The position numbers were made by a program, and so were the translations under genes. Source: Monocercomonoides exilis PA203 (taxonomy: Eukaryota > Protista > Preaxostyla). From it: a stretch of DNA of 64,000 nt. Location: positions 868,001 through 932,000 of the forward strand of contig LSRY02000008.1 in the NCBI GenBank assembly GCA_001643675.2, given 5' to 3'. The notes under the pieces were generated by a model. It was not told the DNA's origin and searched no databases. It saw nothing but the letters and a program-made list of their open reading frames with translations. Shown here piece after piece: positions 1 through 14,599 of the stretch. How positions within the stretch are numbered: the stretch's first letter is position 1; the number at the start of each line of letters is the position of its first letter.

Positions 1-149
1 TGATGATTTTTTGATTTTTGAAATCTATTGTTTTCACATATTGATGGGATTTTTTATCATTGAAAAATTATAAATTTCATGGAAGAAGTGTCTGATTCAG
101 ACTATTCACTTGATATTCCATGAAAACCTCCAAATAGTTTATTTTGATT

Positions 150-960
150 GTTTCTCCATTTGGAAAAATCTGAAAAATGGATATTTAAGAATATCATCAA
201 AAACATGCCAAAATGCAGAAGGTTCAGAACTGAAATGGATTAATGGAGTTTCTATGGAAGAATGATGTGGATTTGCTGAAAATGCAGCAATTGGTAATCA
301 GCGTACAAGATAACATCCTTTAATCGAAGAATGACACCAATAAATGTGATCTTGTTAATTATCCTATTTATTTGGAATGGTGCTAGTGAAAAACTCTGCT
401 CGGAAATGTTGGAGATTCAAAGGAACTCTGTGGCATATTCGTCATCTGTTATGAGGTGTTGCGCGATGGACATCATAAATCAGAATGAAACTATTCTTGG
501 AGGCGAAAACAATATTGTTGAGGTAGATGAATGTGTTTTGAGGAAGAAGAAAGAAACAAAGAGGAAGTAGAAAGAAACAAATGTGTGCATTCGGAGCGGT
601 TGAGCGAAAGAAAGATAAAATGGATAAAACAAGGAATTTTTTTGTCATGATTGTACCAGACCGTTCAGCTTCGACGTTAATTCCTATCATACAAAAGCAC
701 ATTCTACCGCATTCAACAATAATGTCAGATGAATAGAAAACGTAATCATCTCTTTCTCTTCTTGGATACAATCAACAAACAGAGTGCCATAAAAGAAAAT
801 TTAATGAGGAAGAAACTCACGCATACGCAAATACAATCGAAGGATTATGGAACCATATGAGAAGATTTTTTCATCCCCATGGCATTCGAGAAAAATATGA
901 AGCTGATCAACTTGCTTTTTGGATGATTTATAAGAGAAAGATTGTGAGATTTGATGAATT
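150..960 (+). pseudogene. Merlin/ISXO2 (IS1595-family) DDE transposase relic
   Basis: Across frames: ILGGENNIVEVDECVL, FGAVER, VPDRSASTLIPIIQKHILPHSTIMSDE*(TAG at the usual W), NTIEGLWNHMRRF. These are ISXO2 DDE motifs, with stops and frameshifts. The left end lies outside the window. Confidence 0.85.
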
Positions 961-1832
961 TATATCAAAAGTTGTTTTCCACAAAGAAAAACAAACAGAA
1001 GAAGTTGAAGAAGAAATATATGTCTAAGATAATTTTCTTATATCCAATAACAGCAAAACAAGTGAAAACGACAATATTGATGCATATGACGGTTTATCTG
1101 AATCTGAGTATTCAGAAAACTCATAAAGATGTTCTTCTTCATCATCATTTGATTTTTTATTTCTGACTTTTTTCATTTTTTGAAATATTTTTGATCCATT
1201 TTCATAATTTTTAAAAAATGATTAAAATGGGGCATAATTTTTCATTAATGAAAAAACCATGTGATGTTCAAAACTTATTCTGCATTCTGGTTATAATGTT
1301 TATAGTCCAATGAAACAAAAAAAGGAATAGAAAACAATTCCATAATAAATGTTAATTTTGAGTTTAAGAAACAATTCAATATAAAAAGAAATATTTGGAA
1401 AAAGAATCGAAAATGAGAGACAAAAATTATTATTAGTATTTGCAAATATGAATGATATGATTATAAACATAATCGAATTGTCCAAGTGACATTTGAAGGT
1501 TTGTATATATGAGAGATATTTTGTTCGAAAAAGTTATTTTTGAATAAAGAAAAATTAATTATTCAAACGGAAATTGAAAGTGGAAGCGACAATTTAGGAG
1601 ACACAGAATTCAATATTTTATTCAGGAAATGAAAAGAAGAAAAAGAAGAAGCTGAAAGCAGTGAAGAAAAAAAAGGTTTAAACATTGCAAAATAATGGAG
1701 ATGAAGAATCACAACATATTTGGCTTTTTGTCTTTCTTCATCTCCTTTTTTTCTCAATCTTCTTCTTTCATAAGATGCCTCACGAAAATTGTCAGAAATT
1801 GCATTAAGACAATACGAAGCCAGCATAGATTA

Positions 1833-2282
1833 CAGTCGAAACCGGACATCATCACATCGGTTTTTGCACAACTTTTTGTGACTATATCCAACTGTGATAA
1901 TATCCGATCCTGTTTTACACAGAAAAAAATAAAAATAAATATAAAAATTAAATAATTTTGGGTCAATTTTTATATTTTTGAAAATTCCATTCAAATACGC
2001 TTTTTTCACTTGCGAAATTAATTATTTTCATACATACATCTATTTTTGACTTATTTGAGCTCATTTTTGAAAAAGTGAAAAATTGATATTTTCGATCAAA
2101 AAATCGATTTTTCAATGAAAAATCCACAAATAATGAAACAAAATGTGATTATATATTTTCAACCCTGTGATTATATGCGATGAAAAATGAATGAAAAACA
2201 AGCAAAAAATGTCGGTGCATCGAAAAATGTGACAATATACGAACGTGATTATATTCGACGTGATTATATCCGGTTTTAACTG
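1833..2282. mobile_element. pogo/Tigger-type MITE (~450 bp) with TA TSD
   Basis: Left TA|CAGTCGAAACCGGACATCATCAC; right end reverse-complements to TA|CAGTTAAAACCGGATATAATCAC. Several subterminal GTGA(T/C)(T/A)ATAT motifs; no ORF. Confidence 0.8.
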
Positions 2283-4249
2283 TATATCTTTATTCAGATA
2301 ATGAAAGAAAAGATGATATTGAAGAAGACGGTAGATGAATTAACGAAAATTGTATTGAAAGAATGAAATGTGGCAAGTGTTATGGAATTTCCATTGGATA
2401 AGAATGGGCAAGCAACGCCTCGGAAAATGGATGGGTTGAAGGCAAGAGAGATGAAAGGATCATCTTCACTGGATTCGATGGTTTTTGAGATGAAAAACAG
2501 AAGCTTCTCTGATTTGCATTCGTGTTTTTCTTCGTCTATTTCGTTTGTTCGTTAATATTCTATTTCGTATTCTTCGTCATTAAGAACAGGCTTGCTGCGG
2601 AAGTCTCTTGACATGGGGGAGATGATGTAGATTCCAAAGTCAGTTACAGCATTTCCGCTCCTTCTCTTTCATCATCATCATCATCTTCAACAGTGTCATC
2701 GTCTTCATCTTCTTCTGTAGCCTCCTCCTCTTCTGACCCATCGCCCTTCTCCAATATGCCTCACTTTCTTCCACTTCCAGTTCTTTTGCTTCCGTCGAAA
2801 AGGCCATCACCTATCCAAATTGAGAAGCACCTGCTGGAGACGATCTTTTCAGAGTAGTTCAAAGTGACTCTATCAAATAAATCTTTCACGCCCACCACAC
2901 ATTGGTCTGCTCCATCGTCAGTTTCTTTGTTGTTGTTGTTTGGCAAAACAACTCATTACTCAAGCCAAAGGCTCCTTCCTCTTCCTCTTCCTCTTCATCC
3001 TATTCTTCTTCTTCTCTCGCCTTCCTGCGACGGGCCATCTTCTTCGACATCCACTCAGCAGAGGTATCGCTGAAACTCTTGAATCTCTCTTTCTTGCTCT
3101 GCTCTGCTTTTCAGATCCTGTTTCAGTTGTTGCATCGCTCAGCACTCGTCTCAATGCGCATCTCATCCTTCTTGCAAACGAAGTTGCCTCCTTATTATGT
3201 GCTGTTGAGATAATCCGCTCAGCAGACTCGCTCTATTCTCAGATCCCTGCTTTTGGCACTGAGAATAGTAATAGCAATTTTGATGGCAATAGAAATCCTT
3301 ATGCAAGTGATGATTAAAGTCAATCAAGTGATTCTGTTTATAGCAGGAAAGGCAACAACAACAACATTACAAGCAGAGGAGGAGTTACATGAGGAGGAAT
3401 GAGGGATGAACAATACAGCTTTTATTCGCAATTTTCTGTTTCTTCTTGGCAAATTAGAGCCATTTTGTGCGAGAGAACAGCAAGATTTTTGTGAGAATTG
3501 GATAATCACACAGAATAACCAGACATGAGCGACAATGAATTCTCATCGGCACGTGTGTTGAATTAGGTGGTGTGTATTTTTTTATTTATTTTGAATTGAA
3601 AGTGAATAGAATTTTGATGTTTGTCTGCTTATATTCATAATGATCCTTTCAAATATATAAAAATTTGATATACCTTTCTTATTTTATGCAATAAACATTC
3701 TTTTTTATAACTTCTCTTTCTCCAGGAATCAATCAACCCCGGCCCTTCCCTTTATAGAACGGACCCATCTTTCTTCTGCTCTCATACGCCACCTCGTCCT
3801 CTTCTTCATTGTTCACTCAATCTGATCTGCAGAAGACAAAGTTTCTGTGTTTATCTCTTTGCTCTTGTCATTCTTCGTCCGCCTCTTCAGCCTCGTCTCC
3901 ATCGTAATCACTGTACTGGACCCTCTTCTCAGTGCTTGCACTCCAACTTTCCCAACTTGCAATCCTTATAAAAATGCTTTTTACATGATTTATTAAATTA
4001 TGAATGAAATATCATTATAATTATCTTTATTGTCTTTGAATTTTTTCTTCAATTTGAAAACATTTTGTTTTATTTTTATTAATAATTGTTACACTTTTAA
4101 ATTTTCTCATAATTTTTTTTTAGAAATCAACTTCTTCTCTCTTGTGACATTGCCTTCTTTTTCTTCTCATCCTCTGCTCTATCTTATTTTCATTATGCTT
4201 CATCATTATTTTCCTTTTCTTTTTCTTTATCATCTCGCTGACATTTAAC

Positions 4250-6200
4250 TCGCAACTCCCTTCACTTCTCTGCTCCAGCATGACAATCATTATCTTCCTC
4301 ATCTTTCTCATTTGAAAGCAGCTTGTGCCCTCGTCTTAATGATTGTACAACAGATGAAAATTTTTCAATGCATGTCCATATTAATGCAATCACCACTATG
4401 TTCAATGCTGAAAAGGAATAGTTCCTGATTATACCTCTAATAACTCCATTGTGAAGTTCCTACCAATTGAAATGCCCGAAATGGTTTGGTTTATCAAACA
4501 TACAACGGGAAAAAATAAGTGCAGCCAATGCAACTATTGCCAGAGACGATGATATGAAAAATACTTCAAAAACAAAACTAAAATGCACTGCTATTCATTC
4601 AAGGAGTTCATAACAATCTATGCCTTCTTCATCTTCAACAGGCTCTCTCGTTAAGCTCTCCTCCCCGCTCACAAGAGAGGCGTGTTGTGAATAAAATTAA
4701 TGAGGAAGGTGTGTCTTTTTGACAAAGCTGAATTTTGAGGGAGGATTCTGCTATGGAACCTATGCATGCTCAACTATCTCGAAGAATTGAAAAGGTCATC
4801 CAGATTGGATGGGGATTATCCGATTTCTATCTTTTTCAATATAACAGTAAGAATGTTGGCATCCTGCAGCAGATATGTGTATTGATAGTGTCTTCATTCG
4901 AAAAAGCTTTACAGTCGTTCATTACTCCAACAACAATGCTTTAACACTTTGGTGAAGCAAAAAAAAAATAAAAAAGAAAGAAGAACAAGAGCAGGAAAGC
5001 AACAACAGAAAGGACTCTGCTTGTTCTGTAACCGCATTGAATCCAGGGAAAGGTGGAAGACGGAAACAAGATGAATGTTTGAAGAGAAGGAAAAGAGAAA
5101 AAGAAAAAGAAATAGAAAGGAGTCATGAAGTCAAAGCGCCTGGTTTCGATAAAGAAGATGCTTCAGATGAAAAAGAATGTGATCGTGATGCGAAGCATGC
5201 GGATGTTCGTGTGGCGCGCCATCATCTTCTCCGTCCGTTGTGACATATTCGACTGAACATGCATCGACTTCATCATCAAATGCACCATCTTCTGCAAACT
5301 CATCACAATTAATACCAGCTGTGTGGCGAATGTGTGGAAGGTGGTGGCAGGGTAGACGGCTTTCAACTTCACTTTTCCGCTCTTCAACTCTCACTCTGTA
5401 CTTATCTGGAATAGAGTGAGAGACAGCTTGTCTGTTGCAACTGCGGAAGGGGAAAGTTATATCAAACAACAACGATGAGATTATCTTTGAAAATGCATAC
5501 GCCCTATCTCACCAACTGACAGGCGATTGTGATATGGTGTATGCAATCATCCCTTCAAACTTGCGGCTCGTTTTCGCAGTCGGTTGGAGGAGAAACGAAC
5601 ACTGTGTCGAAAAGCCTAAGCTGCCTCTAGAGTCGAATATCCACCTTTCGTTTAACTCAGCGAAAAAGTGCATGCAGCTCAACGTCCTCATTTTTGTTTC
5701 AACTTTTGCATTGCAAAGTTCGAAGGAGGAAGTGAAAAGGGAGCAGAGAAAGTTAACACTGCACCTGATGGAAACAAAGAATGAGAAAAAGCCAAATGGC
5801 TCCTTCTCGTTCGAGGTTGTGCAGAATACAGCTTGTTATTCACAGCTTGTAATTCCTTCTTTTTCTTCCAAACAGTCTCAGTTATCGATAAATGTGTGCT
5901 CGTCCACCAAAGTCCCATAGCGCATATTCTTTTGTCCAATCATTAATGGAAGGTGAAAATGAGATGTCACAACTGAATCGAAAAGCTTTTCACCTCTTTT
6001 TGAAACAGCATCTGCTGAAGAATTGGTTGTGTTGTGGCACTTAAACAACAGCTTTGTTATAAACAGCTTTTGATCTCTTGTCAACATCTGAGGAAACATG
6101 TGAATAAGAAGAAGATGGAGGCGAGGAGAAAATGAGAAAGAATGAGATTTAACAGAAGGCAAGGAAGATGCTAGCATATTTGGAGGAAGCTGTTCAGGAA
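4250..6200 (-). pseudogene. Degenerate multi-pass membrane protein gene (possibly TmcB/PAS-type)
   Basis: Minus-strand ORF pieces (5878-6177, 5163-5387) and hydrophobic segments (…LAIVALAALIFSRC…, FSALNIVVIALIWTC) interrupted by stops and frameshifts. Family assignment is tentative. Confidence 0.3.
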
Positions 6201-7899
6201 ACAGAGAAACAACAATAGATGAGGAAAGCAGAAGACAGCAACAATGAAGACGACATTGCCTATGTATTGTTCTTTAGGAAAGGGCAATAACTTCTTCTTT
6301 CTGAAGAGAACGAGACGTATAAAAAAGGAGAGAAGGACAATGATGAACCATACAGATTTGACTTGCTCGATTTACAGAATTTATCGAAATTCCTCCCTTC
6401 GACTCATGCATCATTTTACACAGTTGCTGGCTCACTTCTTCAAACAGACAAAACTGCTTTTCATTCACATTTCGGAGTGAATTAGGATTCGTCTTCTTTA
6501 TATTCTGAGCTTTCGTCAACAATACAGCCACACGACTCATTTTTTTCATCTTCCCAGCCTTTAAAACAAGCACAGAACACGCAAAACACATTGGCACATC
6601 CTATTTTGCAACTGAAGGATAGAGTACGATGCATCACGATCTTTATCATCCAATCTTTGCGTATCTATCGATACGTGCACTTCACATTCGTTGCAGATGG
6701 TTATATCCGCTTTTGGAACGCTCTTCAGTCTCAGTTGCTAATTGACATTTGTTCTCTTCCGAAAAGAGGAGAAGGGATTATTTCTTTTGTTCGAGATTCC
6801 TGTCGAGGAATTAGACAGAAAGGTAATTTGACTCAAAAGGTGAATTTTTTTAATGGCATTGTTATAGTGTTCAAGTTGATAACTACTGCTTCTCATCAAA
6901 AAAGCTATAAGCTTAAATCAAAATTCTGTGCCTTAAATAATCCCAGAACTTTCATTTTTCTTGTTCGTTCAAATATGCCTTTCGTGTTCGCAAATGATTC
7001 ATCGTATCGAAAAGCCCTTCCTGCACATCTTCTGCTCATTCTGCCTCCGCTTCTTCTGGTTGCCTGTTCTTCAAAAGGCGATATGATGTTGTTTGAAGAA
7101 TTTGAGCTTCTTAGCAGCAACTCTTCTTTGTACCATGCACTTCAGCAATCCTGTTCTCTTTTTATCTCTTTTCCTTCCCTTTTTCTGACTCTTCTCCTTT
7201 ATCTGCCTTTCTGACTCTCAGTTTGGTAGAATTGTTGAAACTATCATATCTTTCAATAAATGGAACATCTTCTTTTTTCACGAATGCTTATCCAGCATTA
7301 TGTCTTCTTCTTCTCCGTCATTGTTATCCTTCTCTATTTCGTCTGCAGTGATTAATATGAAGCAGTAGAAGATATGTGAGAAGGGAATAGTGCCGCAAAT
7401 GATTAATTTCAACTGGAGCTTAAGCTGGAACTGGAGGATCAACGTGGCTAAAGTGAATCGTAAGAAAAGTTCGGAAAGACTGGATTGTTACGGACGGAGA
7501 AGAAAAGGAAAAGTAAAGAGCAAATTTCTGTACTTAAAAAAGATATTAATTTTTTCTCTTATAACAGTATCATTGACAGATACGAGCTTTCTTTATTGTT
7601 TTATCACTCTTTTTTGAAACCATATGCAAAAATATGGAAAACGAAATCTATTGCCATCCATATTGCACTTGTCCACGCGTTGTAAAAAGCTGTCATGCAA
7701 AAGAGATTTTTGAAAAAATTTAAAATTTATCCAGCGATGATTATGAATGGTGCTTAATGCCCTTCCTTTACCATTCCAAATTGGGAAAGCCCTTCCGCGA
7801 AGCTGTTGAAGCTGTTTCGTTTAGTTTTGTTTTTTTTTATTGTTTTTTTTCATTTCAATGATTAAATATTTGATGAAACAATTTTATCTATATATTTTT

Positions 7900-9400
7900 T
7901 TCCATATTGAAAGAGAAAACTGCAAAGATTTTAAGTAATCTTGCGGATCTTTATAAAACGCCTGGGAATTCAGATCGCGTTTCAATTCTTTCTTGTGCTT
8001 CTTCCGTTTGTTCAATGGCAGAGTTGAATGAAAACGGTTTTTCTCTTTCCCGAGGGGAATATTACTATTTTCGGGAAAAGATAAAAGAAGCCAAGGTTCT
8101 CGGAAAAAACTTTAAAGACAAAAACAGCTCCAACAACGCATGTTATTATAATTATTTAATTAATTGCAAAATATATTATATTTTTATTAATCTCCTGTTT
8201 TCTATTAAATTACATTCATTAACAACATCAGATCGAAAAATGGACACGGAAAATTGGCTGATGAGTCATAACTCATACAGCTTCCTCAATGAACGAAGAC
8301 GAAAGAAAAGTGTGTCTTGTTTTCGATATTTAATTTTTAATGTTCAATTTTTTTTTGAATATTAAAAAATCAGAAAAAAAGATTAATAAAGAAAAAAATG
8401 AAGAAAAGATGAAAATCGAAGATAGAAAATATTAAAAAGAAAAATACATAAGATCTGTGACAATAACAAATCGAAAAAAATAACTTCTTCGCAAACGTCT
8501 TCGTCATTATTTGAAATAATTGATAATGAAGAAAACACGAAAGAAAAGGTGCTCAAAAATGAAAAAGTCAATGAAAAGAAATTGAAATATTCATCATGTT
8601 TTTTAAAAAATGAAAAAAGGATTATTGAAAATACAAAAAAGAATTTATATTTTGAAATGAAGAATAAAATAGATATTATAATGGCATATTCTACTTTTTG
8701 TAAAAAAACAAAAAATCTTAAAAAAGCAAAAATAAGGACTGGTTTGTGTGATATGTGCGAGAGAGGAAAATTTTTGGATAAGAAAAATTGAATAGAAAAA
8801 TAGAAACTTGTCTTTGAGTTTTGAAGAAAAAGAAGAAAAGGAATTAATTGAAAAACATAAAAAAATGGCTCAGTGCCAGAGAAATTTTTTTATTTATCAA
8901 GAAATAGCATGAAAAAAAAATGAAGTTTATATTATTATGGACTTCAAAGAAAACTGGGCATTGCGGATAATGATGAATGAAACTGGTCGTAGCTTTTACG
9001 ACAAAAAACAAAAAACTTTTAAATGTTTTATTGTTTTTAAAGTTAATAAATTTAACACTTTGGAAAAACATTGTTTTAATTTTTTTTTCAGAAATTTTAT
9101 CTTATGATTTTTGTTTTGTTTGTGAATGCAAAACTTAATTATTGATATTTGACTTGTTCGAAAAAATAAATTATTTTCTTTTTCTTTCTTTCTTTTTTTT
9201 TTTTTTGTGATAATAACCCTCATTTCTGAAACTCTTATATCCTTCATTTATTGTTTTCAAATTCTTCTCCTTAATTTTATAATGAAAAATGTTCTTTATC
9301 TATTTTTGCTGAGCACCATGGAAAAAATGATTGCGACAGCGAATTTTGTCATTTGACTAATTGATAAAATAATAATTTAAATATAACTGTTTTTAATATT
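7900..9400 (+). pseudogene. Degenerate DNA transposase, Sola2-like
   Basis: Ordered motifs GLCDMCERG (~8740), IIMDFKENW (~8930), PHF*N (~9220), FAEHHGKNDCDSEF (~9305) resemble the DFxEN…HGKxxCD signature of Sola2-type transposases. Heavily frameshifted; no TIRs found. Confidence 0.5.
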
Positions 9401-10382
9401 TTAGAAGATTTAATTTCTCTTTTTAATTCAAATTATAATCACAATAAACTTTTTGAAAATAATTATAATTTTTCTCTCTCTAATTTATCTTCTTTTAATA
9501 ATGATTTTTTTCAAAATTTAGAAATTAATAAAGATTCGGCTGGAATGGAATTGGAAACTTTGCAAATGAACAAAGAGAGCGAAAGTATTTTTAATACAAA
9601 ACATTACATTTTAAAGTGTGATGTTTTCTTTTCATATTTTTTTTGAATTGTTAATTTCATCATCGTAATTATTATTATACACGAAACATCGTTAGAAGCA
9701 AATCGGGGCCTGCTAGTAATATTTGGGAGGAAAAATATTTGTATTTGGAAAAAATAATAAGGGAATTACATGCTTCTCCGATAAGCTCAGAAAAATTTGA
9801 ATATTAGAAAAAAATAAAATACTCTGAAAAATTAATAAAAAATGAAAAAATAAGAAAAACATTCGAAAGAAAAAATGAAATAGACAAAGAAACAGAAGGA
9901 AATAATAAAGTTGGAAAAACAGTGAAAAAAAATATAAAAGAAAGATTATTTATGATCGATTCTGTATTTTCAAACAGATCTGAGAATTTTTCTTCTTTAT
10001 CAAGAAATGATTTTTTATATTGAGGAACGGCAGATATGGAGCGACCAAAAGAAGATATGAAAGGTATGTTAGAAAAAGTTCTTTTTCCTATTTTTGATAA
10101 TTCAAATAATTCTCAAAATAACAATTCATTATAATTTCCCTTTTGTAATTCTTATTCTGATTTTTCTAATTCTTTTTCAAATGAAGAAAGTGGAACAGGT
10201 ATGTCATTTAATTTTAATAATTCACTAAATATTGATTTGCATAACAACAGAACGGAAATTGATTTTTAAACATCTTAAAACAAAAAATACAAAGAAATTA
10301 TTTTTTATTCTTACTTATCTGATGATAACAAATAAAATTTGTTTGAGGACGTGTCTGAATCCTTCCTGTTTTTGTTTTATTT

Positions 10383-12375
10383 AGGGTTATTATATTATCT
10401 TGACCATTTTTCTTTATTTTTTCCCAAAAAAAATGAAGTGATAAAAGTACAAAAAAATAACATAATTATTAGAAAAAAAAAATCAGAATTAATTCTTCTG
10501 ATAACTTCCCTTTTTCCTTCACCTCGATTAAATTTATTATCTTTCTTTTCTTCATCAGTATCATAGTTTTTAACATTGAAATATTTTCTGTTTCTTTTTT
10601 TTCTTTTCATCATCAACAGTATTCACTTCATTTTTATCTTATTTTTCCATTTAATTTTTCTTTTCAATATTCATTTTTTTAAATTATTTTCCCATTTCTC
10701 TAAAAGATTTTCATCGGTTATCACTTTTTTTAAAAAGTTGAATCTATTTCTTCGGGATGGAAGAGGATAAATTGAAGATTCGGGCAGTTTCAAAAGAACT
10801 GGCCCAGAAGAATTGTGAAGAACACCAGCGCAGACGAAAGCTTTTTGAATTACAGAAGGAGATAATGCAGTGTGGATGGCTTGAGGCAGAACGTCGGAAA
10901 TTGCAGCTCGTTTGGAGGAAGAAGAGGAAGATAGAGCCTCAAATCTGTTTGTCATTTCAGATTTGAACACAGCAAACACTCCTCTGTCCAGTGGTTGACA
11001 GGGGTGTGTGTTGCGTGGTACGAAGGTTTAAACGTCGACTTGTTGTTTTTGGAATTCTCGCTAGATCGATGGATCTGCGCGAGATGCATGCAAGTCAAGG
11101 AGAAGAATGTGTTCGTTTTCAAGTGAAATGCGCTTTCTTCTTTCGATGATGGAAGGTAGAAGAACGGTGAGAGCATACCTTTGAAAGCACTCGTTGTCCA
11201 TCCAGTTACTTCCATTTGCCCAAATATCCAGCGTTGGGGATAAAAGGCTTTTCAGCTCCTCTGGAAGGCTGACACTTGGCCACAAAATGCCTGAAGGAAA
11301 GGCATATCCGTCCGCTGCAACAGCTTCCACAAATGTAGAATTAATCATTCTTGGGGGTTCTTTCGTAAAACCTGCTTTTGTGTCTGCAGTATGCACAACA
11401 AGCTGTTTTGAGTCTGTGGGAACGCGCATTGAAGATTCATCGATGTTTATAATTAAAGCAGGATTGTGATGGTATTTTTCATGCAGCTCGTCGAGTGTTT
11501 TATACCAGGGTTTTAAAACACTTCTGCACGAAACAGCCAATCTGTTGATGTCCAAATTCTTCTGCGTTCAAGTCTTCAGCTCCGGATGACGTTTGACAAA
11601 GCCACACATGGCAGACATTGAAACTTCGTGAAATGGTGCATCTTCTTCATCGTTGTTGTTTAAAACATTTTCCATCTGAAAAACAAATGATTGAAACAAA
11701 TGTTTAATATTAAAAACAAACCAATTCTTTTGTTTTTTTAAAGTTAAACCTGTTTTAGACTTTGCTTCAATGTGAATAATGTCTAAAACTCTTTGTTCCT
11801 TTTCGCCCACTACTGCTGCAGATCTGCCAATTTTTCCACCAGCCTTCCTTTTCTCAGCGCTCAAACTGCATTCTATATTCCTGTACGGCTGAATTCCTTG
11901 GAATTAATAGCATCCGTTATGCGAACAACTCCATCTATAACGATGTGAGCCATTCGCTCCAGCTGACTGTGATAATTCCTGTGCTTGCGCGAAGACATTG
12001 CTCTCTGTAATTTTTTCTGACCTTCTTTTAATTTTATTTCTGTTGATATTTTCATTTTAATTAAATTTTAAAGATCATCATAATTTTTTTTATTTTTTTA
12101 ATTGAAATGAAAAAAAAATATATAAATGGCATTTTAAACAAACTGAAGGTTTTATGCAACATGTAACACTCCAATTTTACACAGAAGTTCAATGAAGGGG
12201 CTAAACCCCCCATCTCCCCCCCATGCGAAATTGGGTTTGTTTAAAAATGTATTTATTTTTATCAATTGAATTCATATATATACTTAAAAATCTTCAAAAA
12301 TATGATATTGTGGGAAAAGTTAATGATTAAAAAAAAAAGTCTTGATAAAAAAGGTCAAGATAAAATTATGACCCC
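10383..12375 (-). mobile_element. pogo/Fot1-like (DDE_1) transposon relic, ~2 kb
   Basis: Imperfect TIRs: AGGGTTATTATATTATCTTGACCATTTT (10383) versus the reverse complement of ~12348-12375, GGGGTCATAATTTTATCTTGACCTTTTT. They enclose a fragmented transposase. Confidence 0.65.
10671..12055 (-). pseudogene. pogo-family transposase (HTH + DDE_1), frameshifted
   Basis: INIDESS, TFVEAVAADG, WANGSNWMDNECF, ILLLDLHASR, then the STFKPSYHATH…/EECLLCSN region and IQKAFVCAG. Upstream CENP-B-like segment (…GFVKRHPELK). Split over at least 4 ORFs. Confidence 0.85.
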
Positions 12376-13099
12376 ATTAGTCAAATTAAGACTTGCAGGC
12401 TTTGGATCCAGATTCAGCCTCCCAGGAGAAAAAAAAATAATTTCACAATTATTCACGAAAAAATAATTTATAATAAAGATTTTTTATTTGTTTTTATTCA
12501 TTTATTTTGATTTTATCTATTTTCTATATTCTATTTTTTCACCCACTATCCTCTCATACTTGTTCTATTTTATTCAAATATTTTTCCTTTGATATGATGT
12601 TTTCCTTCATTATTACAGGCATAGGATCATGGGTGGAATAAAAGGCATAGGTGTAAATTGTACCACTTTCAGTTTGAATTTTTTCAAAATTTGAATATTA
12701 TAGCTTTAATCTACATAATTTAACTAAGCGATTCAAGGAGGGAAATTTCGAAATTCGATCATAATTTTTTAGACAGAATTTTTAATTTTGGAGACCCATA
12801 ATATTTTTATTATGATCACAGCAATCTTAATATTCGATTTCTTAACTCCTAAAAGTTCAAATGAATTTATCGATTCAATGAAACAAGAAATAATATAGTT
12901 TTTATTGTTTGACATGGTGAAATTTCGTCAATTTTGTTATATTTGTTGTTATTCATTTCTAATTCAATGTTTCGACTAAACACAAGCGTACGCGCAATAG
13001 CAGATGTTACAAACGATGCAGTAACAGATACAACAACATTAAGAAGTATCTATATTTTTAATTTTTAATTGTTATCGATATTAATAAGATAATCGTAAA

Positions 13100-14050
13100 A
13101 ATATTTTCTATCTTACCTTTCTACAATGATGAATCTCAGATGCATCTGAAAGATTTATAAAACGCAAGCTTTGAAAAAGAAAAATTTTTTTAGAGAAAGA
13201 AGAGAGCGTGCACCGAAAATACATTTATGGAGAGAACATGAAGAAGCTGAATGATATGAATTCATTGGAGTTTGATGAGAAAAATGGATTGATCAGAAAG
13301 GACAAAAGAATGAGAGGCGAAGATTTAGTTGAAGAAATTATTTGTTTGAGGAAAACTTTGAAGAAACCTTCACATTAGATGAAAGGTTGAAAAGCTGTTT
13401 GACTGAGGTTGGGATATGCAGTGGAGCTAGAGCTTACGGAAGGAATGAGAAGGTGCAGAGCATTAAATAAAGTCATCAAAGAACGCTAGAACTTCATTAT
13501 CGAGCAAGGTTTTGCTGAAACGTTGGAGGAAAAAGAAAAAGAAGAAAGAAAGAAACGAATTGGCATGAAAAAGAAAAGATTTTACTATGTGCAAATTAAA
13601 TGGATTGCTTCATATTTGTGAGAGATATATCTACGTTCAGCCATATTAGTAGCATCATCTTTATGTTCATTTTGAAGGTGATGGTTGTAAGGTTGTGATT
13701 TTCCGAGCAGCAACAGCAAAAAATGCAAATAGAAGTTAAGAAAGAGAAAGACGAGATGAAAGTAAGAAGGGAGTGAAATTGAAGCAGGGATGAGATTATT
13801 CAATACAAGTGATATAAGAAGAGGATATGATGGAAAAGCTCATTTAATATGGAGCAGCTGCTGAAGTTGACAGAGAGTTCAAGTTGAGATGGGGAAAGTT
13901 GGCTGTTGGAAAAAAGAGATAAAGAAAACAAATGTGAACGTTGAGGGTTACGGAGATTATCGAGTGAAAGAACGAGAAGAAGGAAGAGAAGAGTGTGGCG
14001 AAACAAAGAGACTAATTAAAAATGCGATGTTGGGGATGGAAAGGGACATC
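13100..14050 (+). pseudogene. Degenerate host-gene fragment inside the Pack element
   Basis: Purine-rich, coding-like + strand sequence with short ORFs (13889-14137) and many stops; convergent with the beta-helix fragment. Confidence 0.35.
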
Positions 14051-14599
14051 TTTGAATGTTATTTTCTAAAAATCTTAACTTTTTGCAAAGGTATTTCAAA
14101 CATAGTCTTTCCATTTTTCATTTTTTTTTCTCATTGACATTGTTGATTTCTTTTTCATTTCATCTTTTTTTTCGTTTGTTTCTGTTTATGGTTTATTGTT
14201 GTTGTGCAAAATTATTTTTTTCCTGTTTTTTAACAAAGTATCCACAACAAGCTCGATCATAACAATTCACACATGCTATATTTTGGTTTTTCAAAGCTGC
14301 TAACGCTGGCCTACACACTTATAAAAGAAATGAGTGCGAATTAGTTAAAGCTTGAACGAATTAAAAACAATTAATTCAATTATTCATCATTTTTGAAGTA
14401 TTTAAAAATAAAAGATAAAATTATAGCAATGTGCAAATAGCGCATTCTAATAATTGAAAATAATTACTAAGCCGGCTCAAAAAATTGTTTCTGCATGGAT
14501 CAGGAATGAAGTTCTGCTCTATCTTCAGTGCGCGATTCGATATTTGTGGTGCAGCGGAAGAATCAACTTTTTTTCAATAGCTATTATTGGAAACTGTGG

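Noticed and set aside
1270-1316. Candidate right TIR of the Merlin relic (…TTATAGTCC)
   Set aside because: The left end is outside the window, so neither TIR nor TSD can be verified.
12618-12643. Second GGCATAGG just upstream of the Pack element, as the end of an outer nested element
   Set aside because: Only 8 bp match, and I found no partner terminus or TSD in the window.
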